A stretch of 64,000 nt of DNA, taken from contig CM000207.1 in NCBI GenBank assembly GCA_000002445.1, forward strand, positions 1,664,001 to 1,728,000, read 5' to 3'. Of the stretch, positions 56,801 through 64,000 are shown piece after piece (within the stretch, counting starts at the first letter, position 1; each line of letters starts with the position of its first letter). The stretch is from Trypanosoma brucei (lineage: Eukaryota). The notes below the pieces were generated by a model that was not told where the DNA came from, did not search any database, and saw nothing but the letters and a program-made list of their open reading frames with translations. Made by a program: the position numbers and the translations under genes.

Positions 56801-59800
56801 CATCCTCGTCAAATATGATGGCCCCAGCCCAAATAGTCATGACCAACGCGGTTGAGTCAACGGCGTGGATCTGATGGCGCGCTGTGGGACGCCTTCTAAC
56901 CCTCATTATCGTTTAAACCTCATTTTCTCCTTCCGGCACGTCCTCCTTTATTTTACCCGGGGGAAGCCTGCTTTCGCAATCTTTCAACTAGTAGCGGTGC
57001 TTTTGCCCCAACGGAGAAAATTTGACCCCTAGAAGCTGCTTTACCAACCCTCTGCAGCGCCCAACTCCATATGAGCAGATTAACCACGTGGTAAAGTTTT
57101 CCGGTGGTCCTGCTGCGTTCTGTGGTTCCGGCAGCCAATATAATTTAGCATTCCATTACGCTCTCGCAAACCTCCTTCAACAACGGGTGATCCTGCCTCT
57201 TTCAGCACGTCGCTCCCGTTCACGCTCAATGGAACGTGCACTACGGTACTTACTGCCTGAGATTATGGTCTCCCGGGAGGTGTTTGGTTTCTCTCTGAAA
57301 CAAATAAAAGACAGGATTGAATTCTGCGGCACACCCATGACCATGGTGCTTCGATATGAAGTGTCCTTCACTTTTCTTCCATGGCTTCACTCCAGTAAGA
57401 AAACCGTTTTTAACTTCACCAGCATTTCTGTTGTTGCTGAAGACGCCCTTTGCATACACATTGCGGATCCATCGATTTTTTTTTTTAGTGTATAACCCTG
57501 CAGATTCGGTTTTTCATTCTCTTCTTTTTTTCCCCAAGCACCACTGGGGTCTACGGGGTTAGTGCCGCTGCACCAAACAATGTGTGTTCCCTCTTCCTGG
57601 CACAGGTCCCTCCATAGTAGCCCTACTCCCGGTATGCAGAACAGCAAAATCATTCCTAGAGACCGCCTTTTTCAGTCCATGATATCAGCATTCAAACGCA
57701 CAATCGTTATATCGACCCTGAAGAAACAGTTTCTGATACCGGGTGGTTTGCTCCGTAGCTTTTGTAACCACGCAGTTGTCAAAAGCGAGCAAAACACGGT
57801 TCAACATCAAATATTGAGGCATATCACATGCTGCTGTGACACTTTCCAACGTGGTGCTGTCAACTCCGACTCTCACCGCCTTGTTGCGTGGAAAGCTTCC
57901 AACGGGTCATACAATACTGTCACAGTCCGCTGGGTGGAAGCGTGCGAGTATGGTCTGCGAAAGTTATGACGACGGAAACTAAGGTTTTTTCTTCGCTTTG
58001 AATTCCCAGGAGTTGAGCTACCCATCTGATTTGGAATAGTGTGGGCGGAATCCTGCCGGGCGTCTCTGTGATTTCTCTTTGCAAGCACTCGGAACCATCT
58101 CAAAGACACGCATACTGTCACCATGCTAAGCGTGCAGGCTTGCGTTACGGGAAAAGATGGCGGCGTGCTGATGTCAGGCTTGGTCCTTACTCTGTGCAGT
58201 ATCGTGGTGCCATGCTTCCTCTTTCTCGGCGGTTTTCCGTCCTATGGCCAGGGGAGAGGATAAACGGCTTCAGCAAACATAGCGGACTGTTATCCCTTGG
58301 TTTCTTCAACTGTTTGCAGTGAGATTTTTTTTTGACTGCTATGGACCTGCTTAGAAACGTCCACACCTCAGTTATGCGTTCAACCGGCTGAAACGCCTCG
58401 GTAGTTTCATCCCTAGAAGCCGGCACCCTGATCAGTGGTGCGTCGGGGTGCTTTGTCCACCGCGCTTGATGCGTCTCTGCACGAGTTTCGGTTGACCGTG
58501 GCTGCGCCAGCGGACGGCTGCCTACCACCAGACCTGCACATGACAGTGGTTATGAGTTGTAAACGGATGCTGCATAGTCGACGCTACTCCTCTCCGCGTT
58601 TGACAGTTGGGAGTCGTAGTTGCCCCTTGGGGCAACGACTCTAACACGTATGGTCCATATGCTAAAACGGCTAAGGCCATCCTTTTTGTTACCCTCCAGG
58701 GGCTTTCCGATGACGTGGGTTGCGGTCGGTACATTTCTTCACCATACCAACAAAACCAACCCCTACCCTCTACGGAGAACCGTTTCGCCAGTACTACGCA
58801 AAGGTATTTTTCGCCTGACTGAAACTCTGGCTGTTTTATAAGGCTGTTTCTCTATGTCGGGTATCGGCTTTTTTTTCATCGTCGAGGTTTCGCTCTCTTC
58901 AGCAGAAGTAACTTTCTCGAACCCAGGTCCAGCGTTGCTATCTCCGTCTCGGGGCTGGGGCGGCGGCTTTAGACGGTATTCGGCAGTGTTTGGCTGTCCG
59001 GTTTGCGTCCAACGCCCCATCATGACACCACCACATCCTTGTTGCACTTCGGGCTTTGGCGGTTCCCATTCCTTCACCAACATGTCGGTCCACCGTTGTC
59101 CTGCTTCCAGGACTCCCCGGAAACACGGGAGCCCAAGACGCAGTGGGGTGGCTGCCGGACCGCACACTTCCTCGAGGTTTTCGAGCTCTCTGTGCTTCCA
59201 TTCAGACTCCTGTAGAGGTAGGCTGGTGTGGCAGTGAGGTGAACGTCGAGGGTGAACGTGGGGTGCTGTGGTTACTCCTCCAATCGATCCTAATCTCGTT
59301 GCCCCCCTCGGGCTTCCGGTCCCACTGCACTCCGACCGACTCGTTCACCGCCGTCACCACTCACGCTGAAGTGGACCGGAACGGTCCGCGCTTGACAACC
59401 GGAAGTAACTTTTCTACCTTTTCCGGCACGCCCGAGCACCTTGTGCGGGGAGCGGCAGGTCGCCGCACCCCGCAGAGAATTTTCGCTGTGGACAGTGCGT
59501 CGCCACCTGACGAGCCGGCCGTTGGCGGGGTCTATTGGTGCTGCCCGCAGCGTAGTCGGGGGTGCCTCCTCTCCTCCTCGCTGGAGTTCAGTGGCGGGCC
59601 ACGCCTTTGGTTCCCTCGCCGGTGTCGTGGATGCTTTGCCTTTAACGATTTCGAAGACGGGGTTAAGACGAAGGTGCTGGTCATACCGCAGGCCTCGGTG
59701 TTACGTTTCATGTGGGGCGGCACTGTGACCATGTAGCCTTTACTTTGCAAAATTTACTGTGTGTATGGCGGGCATGGGTGCTAGATGCACCTCGGTGGGT

Positions 59801-60060
59801 TGCATATGCACGGCACTGAGTCTATTTGGCATCTGATGCGTCGGCAATGCACCTTTCGACGTTTTAAAGGGGTTCTGACTGTGCACTTATGTGTTGAAAT
59901 CAGGATGTGAACATTTTGGTACAGGGTACGTTCGCAGGTAGCGCCTTTCCATCCCTTTTGCTTCACAGTTCATATTTTACCACTTCAAAATTCTGTTTTT
60001 TCATTGTTTCCTTGATTTAGTGTAAAGTATTTTAAGCAGGGGCTCGACCGCCGTTATCTC
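53876..60060. promoter_or_regulatory. Divergent strand-switch region, the probable bidirectional RNA Pol II transcription start region. The ~5.5 kb core (54420-59950) is GC-rich, repeat-poor and ORF-free.
   Basis: Every credible gene below 53875 is on the minus strand and every credible gene above 60061 is on the plus strand. Between them there are only short overlapping ORFs on both strands, the pattern expected of GC-rich non-coding DNA. A purine tract at 54344-54368 and a pyrimidine tract at 59950-60055 are the presumptive first splice-acceptor regions. Confidence 0.7.
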
Positions 60061-61131
60061 ATGGCGTCGCGTTTGGCTGCGTTTCAACCGGACATCATCG
60101 AGTTCTTTCTAGCGAATAAAGCATCTTTGCAAACACTTCGGAAGGAATGGCGTGCAGTGGAAAAGGGCTTTGTTGGCTACTTCAAGGATTTCAGGGATAC
60201 TCTAAAGGAACTGAGGGGCAAAGAGCAGGCCGATAAACAAGAAGGCAAAAAAGAAGAGCTTTCATCTGGTTCGCGTGCTGTCAATCAGTTTTATGAGTCG
60301 GAAGAACTGGCGAAAAGAATGAAGTGGAAAAGGATAACATGGGATGAGGAAGCAGATTATAACGGCTTTGCGAGACGGCTTCTCGACAATGACGACCTAA
60401 TTAAAAGTGTACCTGCGTTCTCGTTTTTGGCAATCCACGTGGCGAAGGATTCCTCTTGCGCCGATTTTGTTCGCTTCCCTCCTCGGGAGCAGCGCTTTGA
60501 GTCGGGAACGCTGACAAACTGGGTTCTCAGCGAAAGGACTCCGGCCACAGTCGAATGTTATAAGCCAAGCAAGGTAAGGAGTATGCGAAGCCCCTTCGAG
60601 GTAGATTGGACTGCCGGCGAGGCGAGGGTTGTCGATACAACTTCTATACAAGAGGTCTTGGTGTTTTTGCAAACTGTTGCTCCAAGACTTCAAGCCCTAC
60701 AGGTGCGTATGGAAGAGCAACAGAATCAAATTGCCAAAGACATTCCGAAACTGAAGCTTCGCGTCGGTGCGGAAATAAGGTACAATAAGCATGATACAAC
60801 TGCGTGGGACGACCCCAACAGGTGTGCGGATCCCGATTATGTGACCCCAGACGATGTTCAGCAGTTCGTTGAGGGAATGATGAAGTCCGCCTTGCTTTAC
60901 CGTTGGTTTCTCAAGGATCAGCGTGTGCGCATTATGCCCCCCGGGCGCCCGTACTTACTGAATCCAGAGAGAAAGGAAGTGCAAATCCCCGCGAATTTTG
61001 CCGCCTATAACTGGTGGGGGGCACATGCCAGATTCCAAAAAGTGGAGGCGTTCATACTGTTCACGATCAATATGTGGTGGCTTTGGTTCACACTGGCTAT
61101 TGTTATCGTTGGGGATGTGGAGATTCTGTAA
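60061..61131 (+). CDS. Hypothetical protein (356 aa) with a C-terminal transmembrane segment
   Basis: ATG at 60061. The ORF is protein-like and non-repetitive, with a hydrophobic C-terminus (FILFTINMWWLWFTLAIVIVG). It is preceded by a pyrimidine-rich tract. Confidence 0.6.
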   Translation: MASRLAAFQPDIIEFFLANKASLQTLRKEWRAVEKGFVGYFKDFRDTLKELRGKEQADKQEGKKEELSSGSRAVNQFYESEELAKRMKWKRITWDEEADYNGFARRLLDNDDLIKSVPAFSFLAIHVAKDSSCADFVRFPPREQRFESGTLTNWVLSERTPATVECYKPSKVRSMRSPFEVDWTAGEARVVDTTSIQEVLVFLQTVAPRLQALQVRMEEQQNQIAKDIPKLKLRVGAEIRYNKHDTTAWDDPNRCADPDYVTPDDVQQFVEGMMKSALLYRWFLKDQRVRIMPPGRPYLLNPERKEVQIPANFAAYNWWGAHARFQKVEAFILFTINMWWLWFTLAIVIVGDVEIL

Positions 61132-61398
61132 CTGATTTTGTGGGCGTTTGTTTTACAGAGATAACTAGCATGCCGTCTCCCGAGTGTCATATCACTTGTA
61201 AGATAGGCGGAGGCATTGGTATGCTAATATCGTGGGTGAATTTATGCGATGTTAAACTTCCTTCTGATCGTCATGGGGCTCTATTTTTCTTCACTTTTTC
61301 TTTTGCGCTATTTCTAACATTCCTTTATCGCTATTTTCTTTCTGATTCTCATTCTGTCAGGATCGTCGGTTGTTGGAAATCCTCCTTTAAGTCACAAA

Positions 61399-61824
61399 AT
61401 GTCACGAGCATCTATAATGAAGGAAGCCTTTGAGCTCCTTCAAAGGGATGGGAAAATCCCAAAGGCTTCCATTCCAACTGCTCTTCGGGCTGCCGGCATG
61501 AACCCAAGTGAGGAGAAGTTAAAAGAAATCATGGCGACCGCCGTTGATATCGACATGGCAGGATATGAGTCTCTTGTAACTGAACATTACGATAAGACGG
61601 ATACAGTGGAAGCTGTGAAGGAAGCATTTCGCGTTTTTGACAAGGACCACAATGGAACAGTTTCGGTGGCTGAGTTCCGCCACATCATGACAACTATGGG
61701 CGAGAAATACACGGAGGAAGAATTTTGCGACTTGATTCAGGGTTTCGACGCCAACGGGGTAATACCCTACGAAAAATTTGTGGAAAAAATGCTTGCACCC
61801 TTTACAGAGCATGAGAGTGCGTAG
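61399..61824 (+). CDS. EF-hand protein (calmodulin-like or myosin light chain-like), 141 aa
   Basis: The canonical EF-hand loop DKDHNGTVSVAEF is present, along with overall calmodulin/essential-light-chain-like helix spacing. ATG at 61399. Confidence 0.75.
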   Translation: MSRASIMKEAFELLQRDGKIPKASIPTALRAAGMNPSEEKLKEIMATAVDIDMAGYESLVTEHYDKTDTVEAVKEAFRVFDKDHNGTVSVAEFRHIMTTMGEKYTEEEFCDLIQGFDANGVIPYEKFVEKMLAPFTEHESA

Positions 61825-62046
61825 TTAACTCGAAGGTGCACAACGCTATGTAGTCCTCTCCATATGAACACCCGCCCCCTTCGTTTTGGGGGGAAATCCG
61901 TAGACAACTCTGTGAATATGTTTGGTTATAAAGAATTAAGAATCGTATTGTTTATGTTCGTTTTGGTACCACCTCACATGTTTTCCCTGTATAGAAAATG
62001 ACGCTTCTGTTTGTTCTGCTACTTCTTTTGGTTCCAGGAAAGGGTA

Positions 62047-63381
62047 ATGGTAAAGGTGAACGTTATCAGCCGCTCTGATTTGGAGTGGACCAAGGATCGG
62101 AACGGTGAAGTTCCGAGGGTAAATCGTAATTTTGACAGCAAATACAATCCCATGGCGAAGCAGGTGGAGTTCACGCGTGCAATCAGGGCAGCAAAACTCG
62201 ATCGTATGTTTGCGAAACCATTTTTTGGTGCTCTTAGCGGCCACCAGGATACAATTCAGTCGATTGCTGTGGATTTTACCAATTTGTCTACTGTCGTTAG
62301 CGGGTCTGTCGACGGCGGTATGATTGTTTGGGATGCTTTCACGAAGAGACCCAAAGTGATTGTGGATGCCCACCGACACTCAATCGACGGACTTGTGATA
62401 TCTCCTGATGGGGTGGCATGTTTTAGCGCTTCCCGGGACAAGGTGGTTAAGATGTGGGACCTTGATTTTTCTTCGGATAGCTCCAAAGTAGAACCCCTGG
62501 CGGAGTACCTTGGGGAGTTTCCGTTTTCTTCAATTGATCATCACTACCAGAAATCACAGTTTGTCACATCGTCCGATGTGGTGCATGTATGGGACGTCAA
62601 CAGAACACAACCTCTTCAACGGTTTTCGTGGGGGGATGACACGGTTTCGTGCTGTCGCATTAATAAAGTAGAGACGAATCTGGTTGCATGTTGTATGTCC
62701 GATCGAGGTGTGTTTATATATGACACCAGAACCCAGGCGGCCCACTCCAAGGTTGTTTTGGAGATGTGTTGCACGAGTTTAGCATGGAACCCGATGGATC
62801 CGAACACTTTCGTCACAGGAAGTGACGACCGGAATTGTTACCTATTTGATATGAGGATACCGGGACGCCCAAAGAATGTTTTCCAGGGGCACATTGCCGG
62901 TGTGACGTCTGTTGACTTCTGTCCCACAGGGAAAAAGTTCGCAGCGGGATCACTTGATTTTACGCTTCGTATTTGGGATATTCACCAGACAACCAAATCG
63001 AACTCTATTGAAATGTTTCACACGAAGCGCATGGCGAAAGTATTTTCGGTTAAATGGTCCCCGGATAGCAGATATTTATATAGTGGAAGCGAGGATGCTA
63101 TCCTTCGCATTTGGAAGGCAGACGCAAGCAAGCCCATCCGACCTTTGCGAGGACCGGAGAAGAACACGTTTAACTATATGCGTTCATTAAAGGATAAATA
63201 TTCTGGGTTTGTAGAAGTGAGAAGGATTACTAACCAACGGAATACACCTAAAGCCATCCGCAGTGCCCAGAGGCGTAGTAAGAAGGCTGAGAAGAGAGAA
63301 ATGGTGAAGGAGGCATCACGAAGAAAGTCTGATGACATAAAGCCTTTGGCAAAGCGCAAGGTTTATCAGTATCTGAAGTAG
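62047..63381 (+). CDS. SOF1: Sof1/DCAF13-like WD40 protein, U3 snoRNP/SSU processome component. The start is the ATG at MVKVNVISRS; the ORF-track start at 62011 is a non-ATG codon.
   Basis: The N-terminus MVKVNVISRSDLEWTKDRNGEVPRVNRNFDSKYNPMAKQVEFTRAIRAAKLDRMFAKPFFGALSGHQDTI aligns by eye with Sof1/DCAF13 (MKVKVISR...LERVFAKPF...GH.D.V). WD repeats follow. The C-terminal Sof1 domain reads LRGPEKNTFNYMRSLKDKYSGFVEVRRITNQRNTPKAIRSAQ. Confidence 0.8.
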   Translation: MVKVNVISRSDLEWTKDRNGEVPRVNRNFDSKYNPMAKQVEFTRAIRAAKLDRMFAKPFFGALSGHQDTIQSIAVDFTNLSTVVSGSVDGGMIVWDAFTKRPKVIVDAHRHSIDGLVISPDGVACFSASRDKVVKMWDLDFSSDSSKVEPLAEYLGEFPFSSIDHHYQKSQFVTSSDVVHVWDVNRTQPLQRFSWGDDTVSCCRINKVETNLVACCMSDRGVFIYDTRTQAAHSKVVLEMCCTSLAWNPMDPNTFVTGSDDRNCYLFDMRIPGRPKNVFQGHIAGVTSVDFCPTGKKFAAGSLDFTLRIWDIHQTTKSNSIEMFHTKRMAKVFSVKWSPDSRYLYSGSEDAILRIWKADASKPIRPLRGPEKNTFNYMRSLKDKYSGFVEVRRITNQRNTPKAIRSAQRRSKKAEKREMVKEASRRKSDDIKPLAKRKVYQYLK

Positions 63382-63689
63382 GGATCTCGTCCGTAAGCGC
63401 GTCAGTTGCCTGTTAAAATGTTGCGATATGTTAGTACGTATGAAAGAAGTAACTATAGGTTTGTGTATAAGCGGAAAAAAAATTGTAAGCCCCATTCTGA
63501 GTTAAATAACCAATGGAAACGCAGTTTAGTCGATAACTTCATTAACCATTACACCTACCTGACATTTGCTGTTACGTGTTTGCTCTTCCTACCTAGCTGA
63601 ATTATCCCTGTATTCGTTCACCTTGTTTTTTTTTACGAACTTTAAGATCCACCCAAGCACGGTAAGCGCATTTTCGTCTTGTATAAGGG

Positions 63690-64000
63690 ATGACAGCTCT
63701 AGAGCGGTACGCCTTTAAGGTCGACTATTGCGACCCACAAGCAAACCTTGTGAGGCAGTATCTTTTGTTGTACTTTGCGGAGGATTCGACAATAGAAATG
63801 CACGACCTCAAGACAAAACGTGTTTTTCTCAAGCGATGCGCCTATCCGTCACTCACTCCAAGGGAGTTGTTTATTGGAGCAACTGTTGGTGTTTTTTCAC
63901 GTTCATTGAAGCTTGTGGACTATGGCGATGAGGTAACGCGTCGCCACTTTTCAGGATCAGAAGCCGAGTTTGTTGTTTTTATCCAAGAGGGAGGACTGTG
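63690..64000 (+). CDS. DM10-domain protein (NDK7/EFHC-like, axonemal), partial. The ORF runs off the right edge and is absent from the ORF track because it has no stop.
   Basis: Hand translation from the ATG at 63690 reads MTALERYAFKVDYCDPQANLVRQYLLLYFAEDSTIEMHDLKTKRVFLKRCAYPSLTPRELFIGATVGVFSRSLKLVDYGDEVTRRHF..., matching the DM10 domain consensus (F.VEWYD..A.L.R.Y.L.Y...D.SVEM.D.K..R.FLKR......L....L.IG..V.VFSR.L.L.DYGD). There is no stop to the window end. Confidence 0.7.
   Translation, partial: MTALERYAFKVDYCDPQANLVRQYLLLYFAEDSTIEMHDLKTKRVFLKRCAYPSLTPRELFIGATVGVFSRSLKLVDYGDEVTRRHFSGSEAEFVVFIQEGGL

Overview
This window looks like nuclear DNA from a Trypanosoma brucei-type kinetoplastid. 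The basis is gene content: a tandem pair of PKA catalytic-subunit paralogs bracketing a 4EIP-like and a SIZ1/PIAS-like gene, next to PRP8 and Rab7. Architecture also fits: intronless genes packed head-to-tail on one strand, separated by long low-complexity spacers with purine/pyrimidine tracts and (TA)n/(CA)n microsatellites. About 20 protein-coding genes lie on the minus strand from ~53.9 kb down to position 1. A ~6 kb GC-rich, repeat-poor, ORF-free divergent strand-switch region follows, and then a plus-strand unit starts at 60061. I see no tRNA, rRNA, CRISPR or clear mobile-element hallmarks. The 'M' at the start of many ORF-track entries is an alternative start codon (GTG/TTG); I moved starts to the first in-frame ATG where I could read it. 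The most notable points are the ~970-bp near-identical PKAC repeats 14.6 kb apart, the unusual strand-switch region, an apparent frameshift in the left-edge TPR gene, and a protein kinase with a polo-box-like C-terminus and a Cys cluster.
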